A stretch of 64,000 bases of DNA from Candidatus Bathyarchaeia archaeon (GTDB lineage: Archaea; Thermoproteota; Bathyarchaeia; Bathyarchaeales; Bathycorpusculaceae), in the NCBI GenBank assembly GCA_038727135.1, contig JAVYWL010000002.1, positions 192,001-256,000 on the forward strand, in the 5' to 3' direction. Below, one piece after another: positions 1-8,984 of this stretch (the stretch's first letter is position 1; the number at the start of each line of letters is the position of its first letter). Below the pieces are notes generated by a model that had not been told where the DNA came from, did no database searches, and worked only from the letters and a program-made list of their open reading frames with translations. Made by a program: the position numbers and the translations under genes.

Positions 1-900
1 GGCGATATCATCGCCAAGTATGGTCTCCCCAGGAAGCATGGCGGTTGCTGTTTTGCCACAAGCGCTTGGAAAGGCTCCAGCAAAATACGTTTTCCTACCG
101 CCAGGTCCATGCACTCCCATAATCATCATATGCTCTGCAAGCCATCCCTCCTGATTCGCCTTCCTTATAGCAAGGCGAAAGGCCAATTTTTTAAAGCCTA
201 CAGAGTTCCCAGCATATTGGGTGTTAACACTGTAGATTATGTCCTCAGTGTAGTCAATGTAAACCCTTTTCTTGTCATGGTCCACGCTAACCATGTTTTC
301 ATTAAGTCTTCCGCTGGAATGCAGCACCCTTAAAAAGTGAGTGTCAGGATAAGCCTTAGTGAAAGCTTCATAGCCAGGTCTAAAAAGGAGGTATTCTGAA
401 TGGGCGACATACCACGAGTCTGTGCATTGCACGCCTAGAATAGTGAAGATAGAGTTTGGTGGACCAAGGCAGACAAAGCGGACAATCATCGTGCGCCCTT
501 TCATAGAATCTTTTAACAGGCTTTTTACTTCGGCTAATCCTTCATCCCTATCAATCTGATTTAATGCCTTACTCAAGTAGTCCCCCTTTGGCACAAGATA
601 CTTGGTGGCTTCGCGGTCCCTTCCCTGGTCATAGGGTCCATCAAAATGAACGGTGTGTCCAGGCATTGCAAGGGGTTTCTCTTCGCCAGTTTCTATCGCC
701 ATCCGCCTAATGTAGGCTATATCCTCAGGCGAATCATCGGAAACAAAAATCTTTTCGGGGTTACAGAGCTCCGCAGCCTCAACAATAAACTGGTGAACCC
801 TTGGAACTTTTATGGCACGGAGCTTCGCGTAATCCCCGTCGCTCAATTTTGGACTTATAGCTTGGAGACATCGGCTCACTTCGTCGATGATTTGCTGCAT
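1..900 (-). CDS. pckG: Phosphoenolpyruvate carboxykinase (GTP), 5' part; runs off the window edge
   Basis: Not in the ORF track. Manual translation from ATG at 900: MQQIIDEVSR...YSVNTQYAGNSVGFKKLAFR...GWLAEHM...FAGAFPSACGKT...GDDIA, i.e. the PEPCK-GTP kinase-1a (FPSACGKT) and GDDIA motifs. Confidence 0.93.
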   Translation of the reverse strand, partial: MQQIIDEVSRCLQAISPKLSDGDYAKLRAIKVPRVHQFIVEAAELCNPEKIFVSDDSPEDIAYIRRMAIETGEEKPLAMPGHTVHFDGPYDQGRDREATKYLVPKGDYLSKALNQIDRDEGLAEVKSLLKDSMKGRTMIVRFVCLGPPNSIFTILGVQCTDSWYVAHSEYLLFRPGYEAFTKAYPDTHFLRVLHSSGRLNENMVSVDHDKKRVYIDYTEDIIYSVNTQYAGNSVGFKKLAFRLAIRKANQEGWLAEHMMIMGVHGPGGRKTYFAGAFPSACGKTATAMLPGETILGDDIA

Positions 901-1019
901 TTTGGATTCCTTAACGCATTAAACAGTGGCGTATATAAATTTTCAGCTAGATTAACGGTAAAGAAGGCAAAAAATAATCAACTTTCTTTTATTTTAATGT
1001 AAAAATTACAAAAATATTT

Positions 1020-2315
1020 CTAATTCAATAATGAGCCTTCAAGATAAGTTGAGGAGGCATCATAAATTTTAACATGCAAAACTTTGCCCAACAAGTCCCC
1101 GGCGTTTTCCACCACTATTGGCTTGTAGGCGAAGTTTCTACCCATCCACGAACCAGAAACTTTTCCATGCTCATCTATTAGGACTTCGCCCTCCCAGCCA
1201 ACCCATTCACGATTCCTCTCCAAAGCAATTTTCATTGCTAAACTGCTTAGCAAGGCGCTTCTCCGCTTTATCTCTGGAAATGGAACAGCACCTCGCATGG
1301 CTGCCGCTGGCGTTCTCGGTCTGGCAAAAAACTTCGATATATTAACTATGTCGGGCTTAACATCCTCTATCAACTGCATGGTTTTTCCAAAGGCTTTTTC
1401 ATCTTCGCCTGGAAAGCCGCAGATTACGTCTGTCGCTATCGTTATTTTTGGAAAGGCTTCTCTAAAGGCGTTTACAATCCTTTTAAAGTCAGCCACCGTG
1501 TAAAAGCGGCGCATTTTCTCTAGAACATAGTCGTCTCCGCTTTGGACAGGCAAGTGGACAAATTTGAAGACCTTCTCGCTTTTGTAGGCTTCAATCAAGT
1601 TTTCTAGAATGCCCATAGCCATATTCGGGGTCATCATTCCAACCCGCACTTTGAAGTCTCCCTCGACCGCGCACACAGCCTCAACAAGCTCAGCCAAGTT
1701 TGTGCCCATATCTCTCCCATAGCACGCGGTGTCCTGTGAAGTAAGCCAAAACTCCCGTACGCCATCAGCCAAGTCGGCTTTAACCCGTCCCACAATTTCT
1801 CCTATGCTGTAACTTCTTAGGCGCCCTCTTGCAAAGACAACACAACAGTAGGCGCATGAACCCAAACAGCCATAGCTTATTGGGATTATGCCTACAACAG
1901 GGTTTAGGCGAATCCTCGGAAGGTTTAGGCTTGGTTTAGCCCTATCTGCATTTTCTAAAGCTACAACCTTCTCGCCCCTCAAAACATCATTAACTATATC
2001 AACTATTTTTTCGCCTAAAGCTGGACCGGCAACACCGTCAAAATGTACTTCGCGGCATAGCCTATCAAAGTTGATTAGAGGTAGACAACCCACAACAAGA
2101 AGCTTCTTTCCCTTTGGCACTTTTTTCAAAATGTCGATCATGCGGTTTTCTGTTGGACCCTTGACAGCACAAGTGTTGTAAATGACTATTTCAGCATCAG
2201 CCACGCTATCGACAAGTTTGAACCCAGCCTTCGCTAGGCAACCAGCCATAACTTCGCCGTCAGCCAAATTTGTCGAACAACCGAAGCTCCTAAGGAACAC
2301 TCTTGCGGCTTCCAT
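1020..2315 (-). CDS. tRNA t6A37 methylthiotransferase (archaeal MtaB/CDKAL1 type radical SAM)
   Basis: UPF0004 N-terminus (FGCSTN, NTCAVK, VGC), CxxxCxxC (CLGSCAYC), C-terminal TRAM-like region. Confidence 0.9.
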   Translation of the reverse strand: MEAARVFLRSFGCSTNLADGEVMAGCLAKAGFKLVDSVADAEIVIYNTCAVKGPTENRMIDILKKVPKGKKLLVVGCLPLINFDRLCREVHFDGVAGPALGEKIVDIVNDVLRGEKVVALENADRAKPSLNLPRIRLNPVVGIIPISYGCLGSCAYCCVVFARGRLRSYSIGEIVGRVKADLADGVREFWLTSQDTACYGRDMGTNLAELVEAVCAVEGDFKVRVGMMTPNMAMGILENLIEAYKSEKVFKFVHLPVQSGDDYVLEKMRRFYTVADFKRIVNAFREAFPKITIATDVICGFPGEDEKAFGKTMQLIEDVKPDIVNISKFFARPRTPAAAMRGAVPFPEIKRRSALLSSLAMKIALERNREWVGWEGEVLIDEHGKVSGSWMGRNFAYKPIVVENAGDLLGKVLHVKIYDASSTYLEGSLLN

Positions 2316-2427
2316 GGCAATACGTAAAATGCTTTAACAAGGAATAAAAACCTAGAGGTTCGCCACTAGGCGTATTTACAAGTTTCTGAAACAGCTATAG
2401 CATAATTTTTATAAAGAAAAGAACGAG

Positions 2428-2450
2428 CATATTTAAAACATATTTAAAAC
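2428..2450 (+). promoter_or_regulatory. Tandem 11-bp repeat (CATATTTAAAA x2) with TATA-like cores upstream of cdrS-ftsZ
   Basis: Read directly at 2428-2438 and 2439-2449 in the divergent intergenic region. Confidence 0.5.
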
Positions 2451-2511
2451 GTATTATGTAAAAGTATAGGTCTGAAGCTCGTTTTCTCGCTCACCGAAGG
2501 GGGAATTTAAA

Positions 2512-2667
2512 ATGAAGTTAATCACGCTCTATCTTCCCGAACCATACATTGAGGCGTTAGACCAGCTTGTGAATGAGAGGTTTTATCCAAACAGGGCTGA
2601 AGCTATTCGTGTGGCTATCCGCGACTTGATTAACAATGAGGTTTGGCGTAGAAAGAGGGTTGGTTAG
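2512..2667 (+). CDS. cdrS: Ribbon-helix-helix (CopG/Arc) regulator, CdrS-like, 51 aa
   Basis: Below the ORF-track cutoff: MKLITLYLPEPYIEALDQLVNERFYPNRAEAIRVAIRDLINNEVWRRKRVG. Its stop abuts the ftsZ ATG; cdrS-ftsZ2 synteny is known in archaea. Confidence 0.85.
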   Translation: MKLITLYLPEPYIEALDQLVNERFYPNRAEAIRVAIRDLINNEVWRRKRVG

Positions 2668-3783
2668 ATGCAGCCAGCTAGCCAGCAGCAGACCTTCAAA
2701 TATTCTTGGCAGAACACTTTCCCAGAGGAAATTCGTCCCCCAAGCTTCTGCCGAATGCTTGTTTTAGGCGTTGGTGGGGCCGGGAATAATACTGTTACAA
2801 GGCTTATGGAGATGGGCATAGTTGGGGCTGAATGCATAGCCATAAACACCGACGCCCTTCACCTCAACATTTCAAAGGCTCACAGAAAAATCTTGATAGG
2901 CGAAAAGCTTACGAAGGGCTTGGGTGTTGGCGGAGACCCACAACTTGGAAGAGCCGCCATCGAAGAGTCAAGGAAAAAGATTGAAGAAATGCTCAGTGGG
3001 GCGGATATAGTCTTTATAACCGCCGGCCTTGGAGGCGGAACTGGAACAGGTGCAGCGCCAGTTATAGCCGAAATAGCCAAGAAGAAGGGTGCTTTAACGG
3101 TTGGTGTTGTGACAACGCCTTTCCGAATTGAGAAGGGACGCATAGAATATGCAGCTCAAGCTTTGACTGAGTTGCGGAGACACTGCGACACAGTTGTTGT
3201 AATAGACAATAATAAGCTGATTCACTTGGCTCCAAACCTGCCCATAAATGAGGCTTTCAAGGTTGCAGACCAAGTTTTAGCAAACATGATTAAGGGCATT
3301 GTGGAAACCATTTCAGCTCCAAGCTTAATAAACCTGGACTTTGCAGACTTCAAAACCATTGTTAAGCGGGGAGGCTTAGCCGTCATAGGCGTAGGCGAAT
3401 CAGACGCCCCAAACCGCGCTGAAGAGGCTGTGCGAAACGCCTTAAGAAACCCGCTCCTCGACGTGGACTATGCAGGCGCGAAGGGCGCCCTAATCCATGT
3501 TTCAGGAGACGCCCAAATGACAATTGAGGAGGCAAACCGCGTTGGAGAAATAGTCACAGAAATGATGGACGACGACGCACTGGTCATCTGGGGAGCAAGA
3601 GTAAACCCCGAAATGGACGGAAAGCTAAAAGTAACCCTCGTGCTAACAGGAGTGAATTCGCCATACACCCCAAGCGGACTTGGAGCAATAGCACCACAAC
3701 TCTTCAACCTAGAGCCATATGCCGAACCAGAAAAACCCCTAGGCATAAAACTGAATTTGTACCAAATGGAACAAGACTCATAA
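2668..3783 (+). CDS. ftsZ: Cell division protein FtsZ (FtsZ2-like by synteny)
   Basis: GVGGAGNN, tubulin signature GGGTGTG, INLDFAD. Confidence 0.97.
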   Translation: MQPASQQQTFKYSWQNTFPEEIRPPSFCRMLVLGVGGAGNNTVTRLMEMGIVGAECIAINTDALHLNISKAHRKILIGEKLTKGLGVGGDPQLGRAAIEESRKKIEEMLSGADIVFITAGLGGGTGTGAAPVIAEIAKKKGALTVGVVTTPFRIEKGRIEYAAQALTELRRHCDTVVVIDNNKLIHLAPNLPINEAFKVADQVLANMIKGIVETISAPSLINLDFADFKTIVKRGGLAVIGVGESDAPNRAEEAVRNALRNPLLDVDYAGAKGALIHVSGDAQMTIEEANRVGEIVTEMMDDDALVIWGARVNPEMDGKLKVTLVLTGVNSPYTPSGLGAIAPQLFNLEPYAEPEKPLGIKLNLYQMEQDS

Positions 3784-3816
3784 GTTCCTTCAACATCCCC
3801 CATTTTATACAAACAA

Positions 3817-3844
3817 CTTTCTGTTAGGAGACACTAACAGAACC
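3817..3844. repeat. 28-bp 11-6-11 inverted repeat (dif/Xer-like site A): CTTTCTGTTAG-GAGACA-CTAACAGAACC
   Basis: Perfect 9-bp arms TTCTGTTAG/CTAACAGAA around a 6-bp spacer. Confidence 0.6.
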
Positions 3845-3945
3845 CACTGCTTACACGATTGTAAATGGCATTGGAACCAAAAACATCGTTCTTTTCAACA
3901 CTATTCTCATTTAAGTAGGAGGGCTGGCGGCTTAAACATTCTTTT

Positions 3946-4827
3946 TCATACATGGTTCTCTGGGTAAAGCATGGTTAAAAGGTGGCCTATTGCTATTTCA
4001 ACATCCTGAACATATTTATTCGCTTCTTGAGCACTTATGTCTATCTCCTTTGGTCGATGGATGAGTTTGTTCCTTATCTCGGCGCCTTTTTGAAGTTCCT
4101 TTAGCTTTGGAGATTTTTGTCCAGTAAAAGATTCTAGAATTGAACCGTATAGTTTATGTAGTGGGGGTGATGGGATCTCAATAAGCAATGCCTCTACTTC
4201 TGGCTTTTTTCTGATTAAGAACTCTTTAATGGCTAATTCTGCAGCAATTGTCGCCTCTATCCACTTGTAACGAGGATTATCTTCATTTTTAGCTCTATGT
4301 AAGTGCCGTAATGCCAAAAATGGCTGAAAATCATTATCCAAATACTCTTGGATGATTTTAGCATTATCTTCATTTAAAGGTGTAACGTTTTTTATGTCTA
4401 CAACTAATTTTGTTAACATGGGAAAATGTTTCCATTCCAACCTGTCTTTTGACCAGTAATAACCCTTAACTGAAAACAGATTCTCATCCAACTCTGTTTG
4501 ATTTAAGCAGTATTTAATTAGATTAAGCACTTTTCGAGTCGCTAAAGAAATAATGGATGTTATCTCTGAAATTTGGGTTTGAATATCTTCAGGCAATTTT
4601 CTTATGTCAACAGAATCTCTATTTAGAACCTCCCTTAGATCTTCAGAGATATCAGCCTCATGAAAAGATTCAATTATCTTCTCTGTTGGATTTATTTCAA
4701 CTATAACTGGCGGTTTATCTTTTAGAGCTACTTTAAACCTAATTCTGTTTTCCTTTAAGTTAGAAGCAATTTCGCCAATTAAGGCATAACAACCTTTGAT
4801 ATAAATAAACATAGGCCTATAGTTCAA
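3946..4827 (-). CDS. Hypothetical protein with C-terminal HEPN-like RxxxxH motif (possible RNase/defence effector); start uncertain
   Basis: Helical C-terminal domain with AAELAIKE and IRNKLIHR; visibly AT-richer than flanking genes. Confidence 0.55.
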   Translation of the reverse strand: MNYRPMFIYIKGCYALIGEIASNLKENRIRFKVALKDKPPVIVEINPTEKIIESFHEADISEDLREVLNRDSVDIRKLPEDIQTQISEITSIISLATRKVLNLIKYCLNQTELDENLFSVKGYYWSKDRLEWKHFPMLTKLVVDIKNVTPLNEDNAKIIQEYLDNDFQPFLALRHLHRAKNEDNPRYKWIEATIAAELAIKEFLIRKKPEVEALLIEIPSPPLHKLYGSILESFTGQKSPKLKELQKGAEIRNKLIHRPKEIDISAQEANKYVQDVEIAIGHLLTMLYPENHV

Positions 4828-4906
4828 GTATTTTAGTGTAGATGATATTAAAAGTATTGGAAGCGTGCCAAAAAACTCGCATTGGAGATTTACATGATTT
4901 TATGTA

Positions 4907-4934
4907 TTTTCTGTTAGTAACGTCTAATCGAAGT
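4907..4934. repeat. 28-bp 11-6-11 imperfect inverted repeat (dif/Xer-like site B): TTTTCTGTTAG-TAACGT-CTAATCGAAGT
   Basis: Shares TTTCTGTTAG left arm, 6-bp spacer length and CTAA..GAA right arm with site A. Confidence 0.55.
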
Positions 4935-5044
4935 AATTTTCATAATAGCGAGATTTCCACAGGAATAGGCTTTTCTTGGGCAAATGGTTTATGTAGGGAA
5001 ACTTCCAGCATTCACGTAGATGAATATGGAAGGTTAAGGGTGAA

Positions 5045-5866
5045 ATGCCTTTAGGTGTAGGGCTTATTGGATGCGGCGCCATTGGGACGGTGCTGGCGCA
5101 AGCCATAGATAGGGGGCAAGCTGGAGACACGTGCCTACTCATGGTTTTTGACAGGAATATTGAAAGAGCTGAAAATTTGGTGCAAAGGTTGAAAAGCAAG
5201 CCTAGAGTCGCAAAAAGCTTTAAGGAGCTTCTAGAATGCGATGATGTTAAGCTTGTTGTTGAGGCTGCCTCCCAAGAGGCTGTGAAAGCTTACGCCGTTG
5301 ACGTTCTGAAGGCTGGAAAAGACTTAATGATCATGAGTGTGGGCGCCCTAGTTGATTCTGGACTGCTAAGTGAAATCAGCCGAACCGCCAGGGAAAACGG
5401 AGGGAAAGTCTATATTCCATCTGGCGCTGTAGCTGGACTGGACGGTTTGAAGGCTTCAGCAATAGGTAAAATTGAAAGCGTAACCCTAACAACGAGAAAG
5501 CCTGTTGAAGGCTTAATGGACAACCCATATTTCATGGAGAAGACCGGCGGAAAGGTTGAAAAGTCAACACTAGTATATGAGGGGCCAGCCAGAGAGGCGT
5601 GCAGGCTTTTTCCAGCTAATGTTAATGTGGCGGCAACCCTCAGCTTGGCTGGCATAGGCGCTGAAAAAACGGTTGTGCGGGTTGTGGCTGACCCAACTAT
5701 CAGTCGAAACATCCACGAGATTGAAGTTAAGGGTGATTTTGGTGAGTTGCGGGTTCATGTAGAAAATGTGCCTTCTGCCGAAAATCCAAAAACAAGTTTT
5801 TTGGCGGCTCTTTCAGCCATCGCAACATTGAAGAGGTTAACAGAATCCATCGTTGTTGGAGCATGA
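5045..5866 (+). CDS. nadX: L-aspartate dehydrogenase
   Basis: GCGAIG Rossmann motif, VVEAAS, SGAVAGLDG, FPANVNVAA, NIHEI, NPKTS. Confidence 0.93.
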   Translation: MPLGVGLIGCGAIGTVLAQAIDRGQAGDTCLLMVFDRNIERAENLVQRLKSKPRVAKSFKELLECDDVKLVVEAASQEAVKAYAVDVLKAGKDLMIMSVGALVDSGLLSEISRTARENGGKVYIPSGAVAGLDGLKASAIGKIESVTLTTRKPVEGLMDNPYFMEKTGGKVEKSTLVYEGPAREACRLFPANVNVAATLSLAGIGAEKTVVRVVADPTISRNIHEIEVKGDFGELRVHVENVPSAENPKTSFLAALSAIATLKRLTESIVVGA

Positions 5867-6526
5867 ACCGCGATTTTTCCTAAAATACTTGGTTTTTAAG
5901 GCTAGAATTTCCCTTTTCAGCCTTGTTCCCAAAGGTATGGCTTTGCCGAAGGGTTCGCACAGCCCTTTGCTTATTGCTTTAACAACCTCCTCACAGTTGA
6001 GTTCAGCGTCCACCAGAGTGTATGCCAAGCCTATTTCTGGGGCGTAGTGGGCGTCACTGCCGCCAACCTGCGGAACCCCAAGGTTTTTGGCCATTTCCAA
6101 CGCTTGCTTTGTGGAACGTTTGAAGGGGAAAGCCGAAGCATTCACGACCTCTACAGCATCAAATTTCTTGTCCGCTTTCCGTCTAAGACTTGCCTTGAAA
6201 AAGGCTTTTGGGTGGCATGCAATAGCTAACCCGCCGAGGCTATGGATTCTTTCTATGGTTTCTTCTGCTGTTAGTTTTTTGGGGACAATCTCTTGGATGT
6301 TCAGCCCGATTATGTGGCCTTCTAGGCTTGAGACCTCTATGCCTGGTATAATTAGCAGGTCTGCCACTTTTTTTGCTAGTTTTAACGCTCCGTCAACTGT
6401 GTCGTGGTCTGTTATGGCTATTCCGTTTAATTCAGCCCTTTTGGCGTAAATGGCAAGCTCCTTTGGTTTTATTAGTCCATCATAGGAGTAGTATGTGTGG
6501 ACGTGGAGGTCTACTTTAATTTTCAG
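5837..6526 (-). CDS. PHP-domain metal-dependent phosphoesterase; probable CTG start at 6526
   Basis: Frame extends upstream of the tracked ORF through DLHVHT...SYDG...AITDHD; GIEVS, CHP and GGSDAH follow. No ATG/GTG/TTG before the N-terminal motifs. Confidence 0.85.
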   Translation of the reverse strand: MKIKVDLHVHTYYSYDGLIKPKELAIYAKRAELNGIAITDHDTVDGALKLAKKVADLLIIPGIEVSSLEGHIIGLNIQEIVPKKLTAEETIERIHSLGGLAIACHPKAFFKASLRRKADKKFDAVEVVNASAFPFKRSTKQALEMAKNLGVPQVGGSDAHYAPEIGLAYTLVDAELNCEEVVKAISKGLCEPFGKAIPLGTRLKREILALKTKYFRKNRGSCSNNDGFC

Positions 6527-6532
6527 AGGTTT

Positions 6533-8227
6533 TCACTTCGCCATTGCCTTTCTAACTTTCTCCAACATTTCGTCAAGCTTTTTCTCGTCAGCCTCTATTT
6601 TGCGGAAAAGCGGCTTAGCCTCGGCTATTTTGTGACCCGCTGGCAAGGGCTTTAGGGCTTCATCCCACCTTTGCTCGTGAACGCTTCCCGGCAAGCTCAA
6701 GGTTTTCCAAAGCTCCTCCGCAGTGAAAGGAATTATTGGGGCTGAAGTTATGGCCAACGCCTTAACTAGTTGGGCAGCCACGTAAATCACGGTTGCGGCC
6801 TTGGCTCTGTCGCTTTTAATTAGGTTCCACGGCTCCTTATCGTTCAAATACTGGTTTCCAAGGCGGCTTATGCCTATAACGCCGTTTGCGGCTGACTGGA
6901 GTCGGCAAGCCTCAAAATCAGCGGCGATTTCGCTAACCTTCTCTTTTAGGGCTTCTAAAACCTTTTTGTCGTCAACGTCTAGTTGGGCTGGTTCTGGAAC
7001 TTGGCTGTTAAACTGCCTATTAATGAAGGATAATGTGCGGTGGATGAAGTTGCCGAAGGTATCGTTTAAGTCAGCATTAATTTTTTCAGCGAAGATTTCC
7101 CAAGAGAAGTTTGAGTCTTTTGTTTCCGGTCTTGTGGCTATTAGGAAATAGCGCCAATAATCAGCTGGGAAAAGCTCCAAGGCTTCGTCAATCCATATGC
7201 CTATCCTAAGGCTTTTTGAGGCTTTTTCGCCCTTAAACTGGAGGAATTCTGTGGCGGAAACGTTCCATGGCAGATTATAATCTTCATGGGAAGCCATCAA
7301 TAGTGCTGGAAAAATTATTGTGTGGAAGGGGATATTGTCCTTCCCAATGAAGTAGAGAGTCTTCGCATTTTTGTCGAACCAGTAGTCTTTCCATCCTTCG
7401 GGTTTTCCACGGTTTTTGAAATACTCTATTGTGGCTGAAACATAGCCTAAAACGGCTTCAACCCAAACATAAATGGTCTTTCCCTCAGCCTCTGGAAATG
7501 GCGCTGGAATCCCCCAGCTGACGTCCCTTGTCACGGCTCTGGGCTTTAATCCTTCCTTTATCAGGTTTAGGCTGAAGTTTTTGGCGTTTGTTGGCAACTG
7601 TCTATTTTCACTTATGTATTTGGCTAGTTTTTCCGAGAACTTTCCAAGGTCAAAGTACCAATGCTTTGTGGCTTTAATGACGGGTTTGCCCTTGCAGATC
7701 ACACAATACGGCTCGATGAGAGCTGTTGGCTCAAGGAGTCTTCCGCAGTTGTCGCATTGGTCTCCGCGGGCTGGTTCATGCCCACAGTAGGGGCATTTTC
7801 CCTCAACAAAGCGGTCTGGAAGAAAACGCTTACATTTTTCGCAGTAAAGCATCCCGGTTTCCTTCGTGAATATGTAGCCGTTCCTGTAAATCTTCATCAA
7901 ATGTTGTTGGACAAACTCCTTGTGCACCGGGCTTTCGGTCCGCGTGTAATTGTCGAAGGATATTCCCCACCTTTTGAAAAGTTCCACAACCCTAGCGTGA
8001 TTTTTATCTGTCAGCTCTTTCGGTTTTACACCAAGCCTTATGGCTTCAACCTCAATGGGGGTTCCATGCTCGTCGGAACCGCTCACCATGACAACATCTT
8101 CGCCCTTAAGCCTATAATAGCGAGCGACAACATCCGCTGAAAGAACAGAACCCACCAAGTTGCCAATGTGCGGCGTCACATTTATGTAGGGCCAAGCCGA
8201 GGTAACCAAAACCTTTCCGAGCGCCAC
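6533..8227 (-). CDS. metG: Methionyl-tRNA synthetase (short form, no C-terminal OB appendage)
   Basis: PYIN..PHIGN, GSDEHG, zinc knuckles, YVWVEA, GKDN, KASKS. Confidence 0.97.
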   Translation of the reverse strand: MALGKVLVTSAWPYINVTPHIGNLVGSVLSADVVARYYRLKGEDVVMVSGSDEHGTPIEVEAIRLGVKPKELTDKNHARVVELFKRWGISFDNYTRTESPVHKEFVQQHLMKIYRNGYIFTKETGMLYCEKCKRFLPDRFVEGKCPYCGHEPARGDQCDNCGRLLEPTALIEPYCVICKGKPVIKATKHWYFDLGKFSEKLAKYISENRQLPTNAKNFSLNLIKEGLKPRAVTRDVSWGIPAPFPEAEGKTIYVWVEAVLGYVSATIEYFKNRGKPEGWKDYWFDKNAKTLYFIGKDNIPFHTIIFPALLMASHEDYNLPWNVSATEFLQFKGEKASKSLRIGIWIDEALELFPADYWRYFLIATRPETKDSNFSWEIFAEKINADLNDTFGNFIHRTLSFINRQFNSQVPEPAQLDVDDKKVLEALKEKVSEIAADFEACRLQSAANGVIGISRLGNQYLNDKEPWNLIKSDRAKAATVIYVAAQLVKALAITSAPIIPFTAEELWKTLSLPGSVHEQRWDEALKPLPAGHKIAEAKPLFRKIEADEKKLDEMLEKVRKAMAK

Positions 8228-8306
8228 GCACCTCCAACATCAAACTGCTATAAAGTAGAGTAGGGGTTCATGCTTAAAAATTAAATGGAAAAACAGGGGT
8301 TTAGGG

Positions 8307-8915
8307 CTATTTTGATTTTTCTTCCTTCTCTTCCTCTTCAACCCATATGGCTCTGGGTCTTCTTGTAGAGAAGAATATGACCGCGGCAACGATTATGGTG
8401 CAGACAATTACCAGAACCGTTAGTACAGTCAGCAACGTGAGAAGCTTGTCCATGTTCTCCAACAATGTATACGTGTAGGATGTTTCAATAATAGATAGCG
8501 GGATGGCGTTACGAAATTCAGGCGTATACACAACGGATCCAATGGCATATGTAACGACAACTTTAATGTTTCCGCTGTCAGCTCTACCATCTGTTGGAAT
8601 TTCAATATCAGATATTGTCGTATTCCAGTAATGGTCCTTAGATAACACAGCGTTTTGTGCATCTACGGTATAGTTTCCACCCCAGACAAGGCTGTACCAT
8701 GGGAGATAAACTGTAACGTTTTTCAGAACGATCTCGTCTGGTCCCTTATTGTATACCCAGAGTTTTAGGGTTATGGTTTCGCCGGGCATATACTGGAGCT
8801 TGTCCGTATAACCGTAGACTTCAACGTTGGCAATGCATTCTGCCTTCTGAATTAGCATCGGCATCAGTGTTGCTATCATAATTATTGTTAGAGGAAACAG
8901 TATTTTCTTTTCCAA
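8307..8915 (-). CDS. Secreted/surface protein: signal peptide, Ig-like beta domain, C-terminal TM anchor
   Basis: Hydrophobic N-terminus, TDKLQYMPGETITL beta-sandwich pattern, C-terminal TM and charged tail. Confidence 0.6.
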   Translation of the reverse strand: MEKKILFPLTIIMIATLMPMLIQKAECIANVEVYGYTDKLQYMPGETITLKLWVYNKGPDEIVLKNVTVYLPWYSLVWGGNYTVDAQNAVLSKDHYWNTTISDIEIPTDGRADSGNIKVVVTYAIGSVVYTPEFRNAIPLSIIETSYTYTLLENMDKLLTLLTVLTVLVIVCTIIVAAVIFFSTRRPRAIWVEEEEKEEKSK

Positions 8916-8984
8916 ATAACCACCGATATGGGTATACGTGGCTGATTGCTTTTAAAACTTGCTAAGTTTTCATCCTTATTCTCG

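Noticed and set aside
109-1002. Plus-strand ORFs 109-333 and 646-1002
   Set aside because: Antisense shadows of pckG
5837-8227. MetRS-PHP fusion by stop-codon readthrough
   Set aside because: The shared frame is real, but a CTG start in a context matching other starts here is simpler; not fully excluded
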